Below the pieces are notes generated by a model. The model made no database searches. It worked only from the letters and a program-made list of their open reading frames with translations, and was not told the origin of the DNA. Below, piece by piece: positions 7,957 to 17,194 of a stretch of DNA of 33,626 bases; within the stretch, counting starts at the first letter, position 1, and each line of letters begins with the position of its first letter. Position numbers and translations under genes: made by a program. The stretch is from positions 1 through 33,626 of the forward strand of contig JBFJZV010000003.1 in NCBI GenBank assembly GCA_041621915.1. The letters are read 5' to 3'. This stretch comes from Acidimicrobiia bacterium (GTDB lineage Bacteria > Actinomycetota > Acidimicrobiia > Spongiisociales > JAOTWH01).

Positions 7957-8946
7957 CTACTCGACCTCGGGCACCTCGTCGACCAGCCGCTCGCTGACGT
8001 AGTCGCCGGATGGCACGAAGCGGTAGTGCTCGAAGTCTTTGCGGAACTCGATGTTGACAGCCGCCCGCCCGTCCCGGTTCTTCTCGACGGTGAACACCAT
8101 CTCCTGCTTGAAGGCTTCGGCCCGCACCGGGTCGTAGGCCCGGTGGGCCTTCGCCACCGCCGGGTACTTCTCGTTGAGCAGCACCACTACGTCGGCCTCG
8201 TAGGCGAGCGCCGCGGAGCCCCGCAGGTGATGGAGCCGCAACCTTCGCGAATCGAGGCCCGCCTGATCGCCGGCCGCCACCGCCACCACCAGCGCCCCCC
8301 AGGTGAGGGCGATCTCCTTGAGCCCCTCGGCGACTGCGGTGACGCGCTGCTCCTCGTCGACGCCCGGGGCCGGGACCTTCTGGAGGTAGTCGACGAACAG
8401 CACCACTGGTCCGTTCGCCGGCGCCGCCACCATCTGCTCCAGCGCGACCAGGTCGGTGGACGTGCCCGAGGCGCGGACCAGCCACAGCTGGTTGGAGTAG
8501 GCGCTCACCTGCTCCCGCGCTGCGCCGAGCAGGTCGTCCTCGGCGACGGCGTCCTCCAGCGTCGCCCGCCCGGCGCTGACCTCGCGGAGCAGCCCCCGGA
8601 TGCGGCCCGAGGGCGACCCGTCGCCGGTGGGGATCAGCTCCCCGGCCTCCGCCAGCAGCAGCCGCGACACAAGCGACGCCTCGTCGTGCTCGTAGCACGC
8701 GTAGACGACGGTGGCCCCGCGGCGGGCGAGGTGGCGAGCCCACTGGAGCGTGAGGATGGTCTTCCCCGACCCGGGCAGCCCGCCGACGAGCGCCATGTCG
8801 CCGGTGCGCAGCCCGCCCTCCAGCACCCGGTCGAGCGGGTCGAACCCGGTCGGGAGCGTGGCCCAGTGCCGCCCGGTCCCAGCGTCGAGGCGTTGCAGCA
8901 CGCTGTCGAGGCTGTGTGCGGCGGCGGTCTCGGCGGTGATGGTCAT
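7957..8946 (-). CDS. DnaB-like (SF4, RecA-fold) helicase, C-terminal domain only
   Basis: PTGFDPLDRVLEGGL; H1 GGLPGSGKT; H1a YACYEH; H2 LFVDYLQ; H3 GLKEIA; H4 LRGSAALAYEADVV; KNRDG arginine finger. No DnaB N-terminal domain. Starts 13 nt after tadC with an AAGGAG RBS. Confidence 0.88.
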   Translation of the reverse strand: MTITAETAAAHSLDSVLQRLDAGTGRHWATLPTGFDPLDRVLEGGLRTGDMALVGGLPGSGKTILTLQWARHLARRGATVVYACYEHDEASLVSRLLLAEAGELIPTGDGSPSGRIRGLLREVSAGRATLEDAVAEDDLLGAAREQVSAYSNQLWLVRASGTSTDLVALEQMVAAPANGPVVLFVDYLQKVPAPGVDEEQRVTAVAEGLKEIALTWGALVVAVAAGDQAGLDSRRLRLHHLRGSAALAYEADVVVLLNEKYPAVAKAHRAYDPVRAEAFKQEMVFTVEKNRDGRAAVNIEFRKDFEHYRFVPSGDYVSERLVDEVPEVE

Positions 8947-8959
8947 GTGGTCGTCTCCT

Positions 8960-9862
8960 TCACGAGAGAGCTCGCCAGATCCGGATCGCAGCCGGTCCGA
9001 GCAGCACGATGAACAGGCTCGGGAAGATGCAGGACACCAACGGAAAGATGATCTTCACGGGCACTTTCAGCGCCCGCTCCTCGGCGCGGACGCGGCGCTT
9101 GTCCCGCAGCTCGGCTGACTGCACCCGCAACACCTGGGCGATCGGGAGGCCGTAGCCCTCCGCCTGGATCACCGCGAAGATGAACGTCCTCAGGTCGGGC
9201 ACCTCGGTGCGTTCGGCCAGGTTGCGCAGCGCCTCCTGGCGGCTGGCGCCGAGCTGCATCTCCTGGAGGGCGCGCATCAACTCGACGGCAAACGGTCCCC
9301 GCCCGGTGTGCGCGGCGCGGGCGATCGCGGCTTCGAAGGCGAGGCCCGCCTCCACCGCGATGGTGACCTGGTCGAGAGTGTCGGCCAGGGCCACCTCGAT
9401 CGCCGTCTGGCGCTCCTTGGCGCGCCCCCCGAGGATGAGGTCGGGCACGAAGTAGGCGCCGGCCGTCAGCGCCAGCGTCGTCAGCAGGAAGCTGAGACCG
9501 CGGTCGGCGCGCAGCGTCGACAGTGCTCCGAGCACGCCGCCGACCGCCACCATCGCCTTGACGGCGAGCACCCGCTCCAGCGGCCACGACCTCTCGGCGC
9601 CGGCCAGGGTGATCTTGCGCTCCAGCGTCGCTACCCACCCGGCCGGGGTGAAGCGGCGCATGCGGCGGGCGAGCGCCGCGCTGGCCGGCCGGAGGACGCG
9701 GTCGAGAGCGGAACGCTCGAGATCGACGCTCCGCAGGTCGGTGAAGGCGTCGCCGACCGAGGTGGCGGCCGCGGCGGCCCGGCCGGCCCACCACGACGCG
9801 ACCGCGAGCGGGATGGCCACCGCGATCGCGGCGGCAGCGACGATGACAGGGATGGGGAGCAT
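8960..9862 (-). CDS. tadC: Tad pilus platform protein TadC (T2SS F family)
   Basis: LADTLDQVTIAVEAGLAFE, LRVQSAELR and AEERALKVPVKIIFPL motifs; operon context. Confidence 0.93.
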   Translation of the reverse strand: MLPIPVIVAAAAIAVAIPLAVASWWAGRAAAAATSVGDAFTDLRSVDLERSALDRVLRPASAALARRMRRFTPAGWVATLERKITLAGAERSWPLERVLAVKAMVAVGGVLGALSTLRADRGLSFLLTTLALTAGAYFVPDLILGGRAKERQTAIEVALADTLDQVTIAVEAGLAFEAAIARAAHTGRGPFAVELMRALQEMQLGASRQEALRNLAERTEVPDLRTFIFAVIQAEGYGLPIAQVLRVQSAELRDKRRVRAEERALKVPVKIIFPLVSCIFPSLFIVLLGPAAIRIWRALS

Positions 9863-9874
9863 GTGGTGACCTCC

Positions 9875-11824
9875 TCAGAACCGTGGCTGGACGATCTTGC
9901 GCATCCACAAGCTGCCGACGACCATCAGGCCGGCGCCACCGCCGATCATGAAGCGGCCGACGACCGACCCGGTCAGCTCGGCCATGTAACCGGGGTTGGT
10001 GAACGAGATGGCGGTGCCGACGACCAGCGGCAGCCCGATCAGGATGAAGGCCGACAGCCGGCCCTCGGCGCTGAGGGCCTTGATGCGGCGGCGGATGCTC
10101 GCGCGGTCGCGGATCGTGGTGGAGACGATGTCGAGGATCTCCGACAGGTCGCCGCCCACTTGGCGATGGATCTCGATGGCCTCCACCACCCAGCGGAAGT
10201 CGTCGCTGTCCACCCGGTCGGCCAGCGCTCCGAGGGCGTCGCCGAGGTCCCGGCCGAGCTGGGTCTCCACGAGCAGCCGTGAGAACTCCTCCGACGTCGG
10301 CGGGAGCGCCTCCGACGCCGCCGCCTCGATCGCCTGCAACAGGCCGTAGCCGGCCCGGATGCTGCCGGCGATCAACTGGAGCGTGTCCCCGAGCTGCATG
10401 GCGAATGCGTCGCGACGGCGCTTGGCGCGCCACCCCAGCCACAACCGGGGCGCCGCGAACGACGCGGCCGCCAGGCCGAGGCCGAGCAGCGGGCCGCCGA
10501 CGTACGTGCCGGCGGCGAGCAGCCCGATGGCGCCGGCCGCCGCCACAAGCACGAACTCGCCAGGCCGGAGCCGGACTCCTGCCTGCTCGAGGCGGGCGTT
10601 GAGCGACTTGGCCCGCTCGTTGCGCTCCAGGGTCCTTTCGGCGAGGAGCGTGGCGGCGTTGGTGATGCCGCTCAGCACGCCGGTGCGCTCGTCGGACTGG
10701 CGGCGGCGGCGCAGGCGGCGGGCGGACTTGGCGACTTCGTCGCGTGATCCCTGTGCCAGCATCAGCAACCCCAGGAATGCCAGGAACACCAGCCCGGCGC
10801 CCACGGCCAGCGCCTCGGGCGTAGCGAGCGGCCCCGGGGCGGCCCGGGTGGTGGTGGGAGGGGCGGCCGGCAGGGTGGTGACCGGCGCCGCTGTGGTGGG
10901 CGGCGCCGGAGGAGGCGTCGTCGCGGCCGGGAACGCTGCCGGCGGCGGGGGCGCCGGGAGTCGGAGGTTCCCGACCGCGACGACGTCCACCCCGAGCCCC
11001 TCGGTGATCACCGACAGGTCGGTGAGGCCGTGGGCGGCGGAGGTGTAGGTGAGGCGGTACTGGTTGGACAGATCGGAGGCGATCGACGTGAAGATCGCGC
11101 CGAGGGCACCGGCGTCGCCGGCCTCCACCACCGTGCCCTCCGCCGCGGCGGCCAGCCGGTCGAGCGCGGCGAAGTCGGCCTCGGGACTGGCCAGCTGCAC
11201 GACGTACAGGCCGACGTCGGCTCCGAGGACGGCGACGATCGCCTCCTCGAGCGAGGCGCTGCTGACCGTGTCCCCCCCGTCGGACAGCAGCACGACCCAG
11301 GCGCGGCTCGTTTCCTCCGGGAACGCCCCGGATGCGGCGCTGAGCGCGTCGTAGAGGGCGGTCTCACCGCCCGCCTCCAGGCTCCCGACGGCGGCCAGCA
11401 CGGTGGCGGTGTCCGTGGTGAAGTCGGCGTGCAGCGCCGGCGAGCTGCCGAAGCCCAGCACCGCGATCTCCACCCCGGCGGGCAGCGCTTCGACGAAGCT
11501 GCGGGCGGCGTCCTGGGCGGCCACCAGCGGCTCGCCCTTCATCGACCCGGACGTGTCCAGCGCCAGTACCACCTGCAGCGACTCGGCAGTCAGCTTCTCA
11601 AGAGTGGCCGAGATCGGCTCGCCATCCCCCTCGACGACCGAGAACCCCTGCACCGGCCCACCGCCACGAACGGTGACGGACATCTCCACGACGGGATACG
11701 CCGACGTCTCCGCGGAATCGATACGCAGCTCGGCTTCTTGAGCGGCGGCCGGGATGGTCGCGAGCAGGAGTGCCAGGGCGACCACCGCCGACGCCGCCAG
11801 GCGTTGGCGGTTTGAGCGATTCAT
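9875..11824 (-). CDS. tadB: TadB platform protein with N-terminal signal peptide, VWA domain and Pro/Thr-rich linker
   Basis: VWA MIDAS DTSGSM...TALYDA...LLSDG. C-terminal T2SSF domain with [17 protein letters not shown] and LSAEGRLSA. Confidence 0.92.
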   Translation of the reverse strand: MNRSNRQRLAASAVVALALLLATIPAAAQEAELRIDSAETSAYPVVEMSVTVRGGGPVQGFSVVEGDGEPISATLEKLTAESLQVVLALDTSGSMKGEPLVAAQDAARSFVEALPAGVEIAVLGFGSSPALHADFTTDTATVLAAVGSLEAGGETALYDALSAASGAFPEETSRAWVVLLSDGGDTVSSASLEEAIVAVLGADVGLYVVQLASPEADFAALDRLAAAAEGTVVEAGDAGALGAIFTSIASDLSNQYRLTYTSAAHGLTDLSVITEGLGVDVVAVGNLRLPAPPPPAAFPAATTPPPAPPTTAAPVTTLPAAPPTTTRAAPGPLATPEALAVGAGLVFLAFLGLLMLAQGSRDEVAKSARRLRRRRQSDERTGVLSGITNAATLLAERTLERNERAKSLNARLEQAGVRLRPGEFVLVAAAGAIGLLAAGTYVGGPLLGLGLAAASFAAPRLWLGWRAKRRRDAFAMQLGDTLQLIAGSIRAGYGLLQAIEAAASEALPPTSEEFSRLLVETQLGRDLGDALGALADRVDSDDFRWVVEAIEIHRQVGGDLSEILDIVSTTIRDRASIRRRIKALSAEGRLSAFILIGLPLVVGTAISFTNPGYMAELTGSVVGRFMIGGGAGLMVVGSLWMRKIVQPRF

Positions 11825-13215
11825 GGTGCGAACCCGGCCGCAGCCAGCGAGGGAGCACCGAAGACGCCCGCAGGGATGTTGATGCCGAGGTCCTTGAGGT
11901 GTTCGCTGAACGCCGGGCGGATGCCGGTGGGGCGAACATGGCCGCGGAACCGGCCGTCCTCGTCGAGCCCCGCCGAGAAGTCGAACTCGAAGATGTCCTG
12001 GAGCGTGACCACCTGGCCCTCCATCCCCACCACTTCGGAGATGTGGGTGATGCGGCGACTGCCGTCCCGAAGGCGGCCGAGCTGGATGATCACGTCGAGC
12101 GCAGACGAGATCTGCTCGCGGATCGCCCGCACCGGCAGCTCCACCCCGGCCATGAGCACCATCGTCTCCAGCCGGGAGATCGCGTCGCGGGGGCTGTTGG
12201 CGTGCACGGTGGACAGCGAGCCCTCGTGGCCGGTGTTCATCGCCTGGAGCATGTCGAGAGCCTCGGCGCCGCGGACCTCACCGACGACGATGCGGTCGGG
12301 GCGCATCCGCAGGGCGTTGCGCACCAGGTCGCGGATGCGGACCTCGCCCTTGCCTTCGATGTTCGGCGGGCGGCTCTCCAGGCGTACCACGTGCTTCTGG
12401 TGAAGCTGCAGCTCGACCGCGTCCTCGATGGTGACGATGCGCTGGTCCTCGGGGATGAACGACGACAGCACGTTGAGCAGCGTCGTCTTGCCCGAGCCGG
12501 TGCCGCCGCTGATGAGGGCGTTCAGGCGGCCCTCCACGCACGCCTGGAGCAGGTCGGCCACCTCACTCGACATCGTGCCCATCGCCACCAGGTCGTCCAC
12601 CTGGTAGGGGTCCTTGGAGAACAGGCGGATCGTGAGGACCGGGCCATCGACGGCGAGCGGCGGGATCACCGCGTTCACCCGCGAGCCGTCCGGGAGGCGG
12701 GCGTCCACCATCGGCGAAGACTCGTCGATGCGGCGCCCCACCTGGGAGACGATCCGCTCGATGACGCGCCGCAGGTGGGCGCGGCTCTGGAAGCGGTCCT
12801 CGGTCTCGTGGAGGCGGCCGTTGCGCTCCACGAAGATCGACTCCTCCGCGTTGACCATGATCTCGGTGACGCCGGGATCGTCGAGGTACTTCTGGATCGG
12901 CCCGTAGCCGAGGACGTCGTCCCGCACCTCGGCCACGAGCTGGTCCCGCTGGGCGACGGTGAGGGGGGCGCCTTCTCCGTCCAGGGCGGTGCCCAGCTCT
13001 TCCATGACGAAGGCCTGGAGCTGCTCCTCGGTGAGCGACGAGTCGTAGAGCCGGCCGCCGAGGCGGGCGAACAGCGCTGCCTGGGCGCGCTGCTTGACGC
13101 CCGCGAGCGGATCGGTGTTGGCCGGGGCGGGCAACGGCGCCGCGGGGGACGCGGCCGCCGGCCGGGTGTGCTCCGGAGTGGCCCCGGTGGCCTTGAGGCG
13201 GTCGCTGAGCTTCAT
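11821..13215 (-). CDS. cpaF: Tad pilus assembly ATPase CpaF/TadA
   Basis: [32 protein letters not shown] and [19 protein letters not shown] 13215 has a GGAGG RBS and overlaps the upstream stop. Confidence 0.96.
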   Translation of the reverse strand: MKLSDRLKATGATPEHTRPAAASPAAPLPAPANTDPLAGVKQRAQAALFARLGGRLYDSSLTEEQLQAFVMEELGTALDGEGAPLTVAQRDQLVAEVRDDVLGYGPIQKYLDDPGVTEIMVNAEESIFVERNGRLHETEDRFQSRAHLRRVIERIVSQVGRRIDESSPMVDARLPDGSRVNAVIPPLAVDGPVLTIRLFSKDPYQVDDLVAMGTMSSEVADLLQACVEGRLNALISGGTGSGKTTLLNVLSSFIPEDQRIVTIEDAVELQLHQKHVVRLESRPPNIEGKGEVRIRDLVRNALRMRPDRIVVGEVRGAEALDMLQAMNTGHEGSLSTVHANSPRDAISRLETMVLMAGVELPVRAIREQISSALDVIIQLGRLRDGSRRITHISEVVGMEGQVVTLQDIFEFDFSAGLDEDGRFRGHVRPTGIRPAFSEHLKDLGINIPAGVFGAPSLAAAGFAP

Positions 13216-14405
13216 CGTTCCCTCCTGAGGTTGAAGAGGCCGCCGGAACGGGCCGGGGCCTGGATCTCGGCGAAGCGGCCCACCACCTCCATCAATCGGC
13301 GGGTGGCTTCGGAGCGGGGCGCCGCCGTCAGCAGCGGCGTTCCCTGGTTCATGGACAGCGGCATGCTGCGGGTGCTGGGCAGCTCGACGTCGACGGGCCG
13401 GCCCACGATGCGCTCCACGTCGGCCGGGTCGAGGCCGACGTCGCTGTCGGCCCGGTTGAGCACGATGTGGCGGCTGGCCTCCGTCATGTCGAGCCGGTCG
13501 AGGGCTTCGAGCACCTTGCGCATGCCGCGGGCGCCGGCCACGGCCATGTCGCACACCAGCACGATGTCAGTCGACAGCTCCAGCGCGCCGAGGGTGTGCT
13601 CGGTGAGGCCGGCGGACGTGTCGACCACGACGAACGAGAACTCGCTGGCCAGCAGGTCGATCACCCGCCGGGCGCGGCTCTCGGCCACCTCCTCCCCTGC
13701 GGCGGGGGAGTCGGGAGCGGCCAGGACGAAGAGGCCGCTGTCGTGGCGGGTGAGGAACACCTTGAGGGTGGCCAGGTCGAGCCCGGCGCTGCGCGTGGCG
13801 TCGGCGATGGTGTGGCGGGTCTCTAGGCCCAGTGCAGTGGGCACGTCGCCGAACTGCAGGTCGAGGTCGACGAGCACCGCAGCGCCCGGACGGGTCTGGG
13901 CCAGTCCCACGCTGAGGTTCGTGGCCACTGCGGTCTTCCCCGCGCCGCCCTTGGGGGCCAGCACGGTGATGACCCGCCCGCGCCGCCCCGACGGTGCGCC
14001 GGGAGCGTCGGGCGTTCCCACCCGGCTGGCCCGGTGAAGGGCGCGGTCGATGATGCGGCGCACCTCGTGGTCCGGCATGTCGGCGGCGATCACGTCGCGC
14101 ACCCCCGACTGCAGGGCCCGCCGCCACAGCTCTGGCGACGGCTCGGCCGCCACCAGCACCGTGATATCGGGCGCCTCCCGATCGACGAGGCCCGCCAGGT
14201 ACAGCGCTTCGTCCAAGGGCAGGTCGGGGCCGAGCACCACCACGGCGGGGCGGTCGGTGGTCAGGTCGAGCAGCGCGCCGTCGGCGTCGGCGACCAACGC
14301 GGCGTCCTGCCAGCGGCGCAGGTCGCCGTTGAGGGAGCCACCGAAGGCGCGCCGCACCCGCTGCTCGAAGGCGAGGCTGCCGGTGGCGAGGACGATGCGG
14401 CTCAT
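13212..14405 (-). CDS. cpaE: CpaE/TadZ (receiver-like domain plus MinD/ParA-type ATPase)
   Basis: Deviant Walker A PKGGAGKT, LVDLDLQFGDV and FVVVDT, with a degenerate N-terminal receiver domain. Confidence 0.9.
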   Translation of the reverse strand: MSRIVLATGSLAFEQRVRRAFGGSLNGDLRRWQDAALVADADGALLDLTTDRPAVVVLGPDLPLDEALYLAGLVDREAPDITVLVAAEPSPELWRRALQSGVRDVIAADMPDHEVRRIIDRALHRASRVGTPDAPGAPSGRRGRVITVLAPKGGAGKTAVATNLSVGLAQTRPGAAVLVDLDLQFGDVPTALGLETRHTIADATRSAGLDLATLKVFLTRHDSGLFVLAAPDSPAAGEEVAESRARRVIDLLASEFSFVVVDTSAGLTEHTLGALELSTDIVLVCDMAVAGARGMRKVLEALDRLDMTEASRHIVLNRADSDVGLDPADVERIVGRPVDVELPSTRSMPLSMNQGTPLLTAAPRSEATRRLMEVVGRFAEIQAPARSGGLFNLRRER

Positions 14406-15241
14406 CGGTAGATCGTCCCCCGGGTCTGGATCGCCGTGCCGCTCTCGTCGGCCGAGTCGGGCTCGGCGGCCAGCCACACGGTGCCGTGCTCCGCCGCGAA
14501 GACGACCTTCTCGGCGTCGGGGGCGGTCACCGCCAGCGTCACCAGCAGGTTGCCGGTGGGCGCCAGCTCGAGGTTGCTCTGCTCGACGTCGGGGGTGGCG
14601 GTCTCGGCGGGCAGCCGCTCGATTTGGACGTTGGTGACCAGCACCTTGTGCAGCACGACGTGGGTCGAGTTCGGGGTGCGGAGCTGCTTGGCAGGCTGCG
14701 ACGGCTCGTCAGGGGGCGTCTCCAGCACGATCTCCACCGGCTGGTCCTCGGGCGCCCCGCCCGGCTCCGCCGCGTTGACGTCGAAGGGCTCGAAGGAGGC
14801 GAGCACCCCGACGGTGCTGCCGGGTCGCAGCCGTCCGCCGACCGCCCGCTCGGGCGACAGCGAGACCGTCACCTGCAGCAGCCCGTCGGGAACCTCGATC
14901 TTGGCCTCGGTCTCGAGATCGTTGACCGAGACGAAGCGGGCGGCCAGCAGCTGCTCGCCCGCGGCGAGGTCGACGGCCGCGACCCCGTCGCCGAGATCGG
15001 CCAGGTCGGCCACCGCGCCGTCGGCACGAACCTTGGCGGGCACCAGGGTCGTCTTGACCAGGTCGCCGAGGTCGGCGGCAGCCGTACCGCGGTCGACGTG
15101 CTCGGCGACGATCAGCACGGGCACCACCTCCTCCCCGGCGGCGGCGCGTTGATCGGCGCCGTTGACGTATGCGAGCAGGACGAACGTCCCCGCGGCGGCG
15201 AGCGCCACCGAGGCTATCAATCCCAGGACCCTCCGACTCAT
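14402..15241 (-). CDS. cpaB: Flp pilus assembly protein CpaB/RcpC
   Basis: N-terminal TM helix, SAF-like region, AVGGRLRPGSTVGV, and LVTLAVTAPDAEKVVFA. Confidence 0.9.
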   Translation of the reverse strand: MSRRVLGLIASVALAAAGTFVLLAYVNGADQRAAAGEEVVPVLIVAEHVDRGTAAADLGDLVKTTLVPAKVRADGAVADLADLGDGVAAVDLAAGEQLLAARFVSVNDLETEAKIEVPDGLLQVTVSLSPERAVGGRLRPGSTVGVLASFEPFDVNAAEPGGAPEDQPVEIVLETPPDEPSQPAKQLRTPNSTHVVLHKVLVTNVQIERLPAETATPDVEQSNLELAPTGNLLVTLAVTAPDAEKVVFAAEHGTVWLAAEPDSADESGTAIQTRGTIYR

Positions 15242-15278
15242 GTGTCCTTCTCCTTCTTGGTGTGTGGTTGTTAGGTGG

Positions 15279-16259
15279 TCATCCCGTGAGCTTCACGATG
15301 ACGATCCCCCGGTCCTCCCCGCCGATGTCGCCCATCGAGACCGTCGTGTTGGTGAAGTAGCCGGCAATGCAGCGGTCCGAGCCGCTACAGGGCGGCGCAC
15401 CCGACGCGGGCTGCTTGTACCCCCCGCCGAAGTTGAATCCCGTGATGTAGAGCGCCCCGAAGCCCGCCACCCTGTACGTGGCGTTGCTACCCGTGTCGTC
15501 GATGTCGTCGAAGAACGGGATGGGCACCGCGGTGTGCATCAGCGACTCGATGTCGGGTGGATCGCAGTCGCTGGGCGGCGACGCCCCGGGGTCGATGCTG
15601 ACCCATTTGCCGACGGTGACGGAAGCACTGCAGTCGCCGGCCGTCCCGAGCCACCCGAACCCGCCCGGCATGTCCTGCCCCGACGGCGACGAGTGGCAGC
15701 TCTCCGCCTTGCCGTGGAAGAAGATGACGGACTCGGGGCCCGAGAACGGCGGGCCAGGCTGAACGCTCGGCGCGAACTTGGCCCACTCGCAGTCCGAGAA
15801 GATCAGCGGCAGCGTGCGCGGCAGCCCGCTCGGGTATCCCCAAGCGGCGCTGGCGGTGGCACCCACGGTGGCGCCGTCGAACCCGAGGACGCCAGCGAAA
15901 TAGGAGGGAAGCAGGGTGTCGCCGCTGGCGGCGTCGATGGTGCTGACCTCCACGGTCACGGTCTGGCCGAGCACGTCGAGGGTCACGTCGTCGACGGCGG
16001 CCGCGCCGTCGTGAGCGTTGGCGTCGGCGTAGCCGTCGGCGGTGCCCTCTGCGGTCACGGGGTTGCAGACCACCGCGTCGCCCTCTGCGCATGCCTGGGC
16101 GATCCCCAGCGCGGCCGCGTCGGCCCCGCTCTGTAGCTCACGGCGCTCGGCGTAGAGCGCCCCGACGTCGACGGCGAACGCCACCATGCCGATGAGCACA
16201 GTCCCGGCGATCGCCACTGTGACGGCAGCCATCCCTCGGTCGTCGGTCAGCCGCCGCAT
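15279..16259 (-). CDS. tadG: TadG-like minor pilin with a Cys-rich C-terminal domain
   Basis: DDRG|MAAV prepilin-like N-terminus and the AVDVG...ELQSGADAAAL Tad motif. Confidence 0.85.
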   Translation of the reverse strand: MRRLTDDRGMAAVTVAIAGTVLIGMVAFAVDVGALYAERRELQSGADAAALGIAQACAEGDAVVCNPVTAEGTADGYADANAHDGAAAVDDVTLDVLGQTVTVEVSTIDAASGDTLLPSYFAGVLGFDGATVGATASAAWGYPSGLPRTLPLIFSDCEWAKFAPSVQPGPPFSGPESVIFFHGKAESCHSSPSGQDMPGGFGWLGTAGDCSASVTVGKWVSIDPGASPPSDCDPPDIESLMHTAVPIPFFDDIDDTGSNATYRVAGFGALYITGFNFGGGYKQPASGAPPCSGSDRCIAGYFTNTTVSMGDIGGEDRGIVIVKLTG

Positions 16260-16615
16260 CGCATCACCCCGGTTCCGGTGAGCGTGATGGTCTGGCTGCC
16301 GAGCAGCGGGATGTCGTAGGTGAACGGGTACGAGAGGCTCAACGTGGCGTCGTAGCCGGCGGTGCACGACGACGCCATCACGGTGAGGTCGGTGGGGTCG
16401 ATCGAGGTGGCGGCGTTGACGGCCTTGGTCGAGGCCGCCGAAGGATCTTGCGTGATGGCCAGCTCCCTCACCCCTTCGCGAGCGGCGTGGGTGAGCGTGA
16501 CCTGGGCGTTGTAGGCCCGCCCGAACTCGACCACGCCGAACACCAGCAGCACCAGAATCGGCAGCACCAGCGCCGATTCCACGAGTGTGGCCCCGCGCTC
16601 TCGTGGGCGGGTCAT
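16247..16615 (-). CDS. tadE: TadE-like pseudopilin
   Basis: RERG|ATLVESALVLP and the VEFG...LTHAAREGVR motif. Confidence 0.9.
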   Translation of the reverse strand: MTRPRERGATLVESALVLPILVLLVFGVVEFGRAYNAQVTLTHAAREGVRELAITQDPSAASTKAVNAATSIDPTDLTVMASSCTAGYDATLSLSYPFTYDIPLLGSQTITLTGTGVMRCGG

Positions 16616-16887
16616 GCCAGGGCATCCAGCAGGGCGGGGTTGTCGACGAGGTCGGTGACGCTGATCCCGAACGCGGTGACGGCCAGCAGCGCGACCAGGG
16701 CCACCAGGGCGACCATCAGGCCGTACTCGACCATGGTGGCGCCGGCGTCGGAGAGCGCGCCCGCGCTCGCCGAGTCCCCGAGCGCAGCGAGGGGGAGGGG
16801 GACGGTTTCGGGTGCGTTGCGCGCGGAAGCCGCCACCGCCCTCGTGGCGGCCCGTGAGGGCTGGGTGACGGCTTCCACGTGCTCCAT
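16612..16887 (-). CDS. flp: Flp family type IVb pilin 2 (unusually long leader; start uncertain)
   Basis: Flp motif G|ATMVEYGLMVALVALVALLAV. The stop overlaps the tadE start. Confidence 0.82.
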   Translation of the reverse strand: MEHVEAVTQPSRAATRAVAASARNAPETVPLPLAALGDSASAGALSDAGATMVEYGLMVALVALVALLAVTAFGISVTDLVDNPALLDALA

Positions 16888-16890
16888 CGG

Positions 16891-17067
16891 TCAGGCGATG
16901 GCGCCGGCGATCTCGTTGAACTTGCCGGACACGTTCACGCCGAGGGCGGTGACGGCCAGCAGCGCGACCACCGCGACGAGCGCGACCATCAGGCCGTACT
17001 CGACCATCGTGGCCCCGTCGTCCCGGCGCAGCCGGGTGGCCAGGTAGTTGGCGTAGTGCAGCAACAT
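16891..17067 (-). CDS. flp: Flp family type IVb pilin 1 (likely the major pilin, 58 aa)
   Basis: AAGGAGAG RBS and RRDDG|ATMVEYGLMVALVAVVALLAVTALG. Confidence 0.93.
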   Translation of the reverse strand: MLLHYANYLATRLRRDDGATMVEYGLMVALVAVVALLAVTALGVNVSGKFNEIAGAIA

Positions 17068-17151
17068 CGAGTGTCTCTCCTTGCTCCGGGCCCGGCGTCT
17101 CCGGGCCACCTCCTGTGCCACATAGAGTGCCGGACCGACCACGCAGGGTCA

Positions 17152-17167
17152 TCCCCAAGATTGGGGA
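17152..17167. promoter_or_regulatory. 7-2-7 inverted repeat TCCCCAA-GA-TTGGGGA, candidate transcription-factor site between divergent genes
   Basis: Perfect 7-bp arms in the intergenic region between flp1 and the PQQ dehydrogenase gene. Confidence 0.55.
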
Positions 17168-17194
17168 AACGCGACAGCCGGTAACGTGCCGGCC

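Noticed and set aside
7957-8946. Calling this gene the replicative dnaB or a KaiC clock protein
   Set aside because: It has no DnaB N-terminal domain and no replication-gene context. It is a single domain with DnaB-type DYLQ and LRxS..ADVV motifs rather than KaiC features.
16670-17015. Direct DNA repeat of about 70 nt as a possible CRISPR array or recombination cassette
   Set aside because: There are only two copies, both explained by the conserved cores of the paralogous flp genes. No spacers or cas genes are present.
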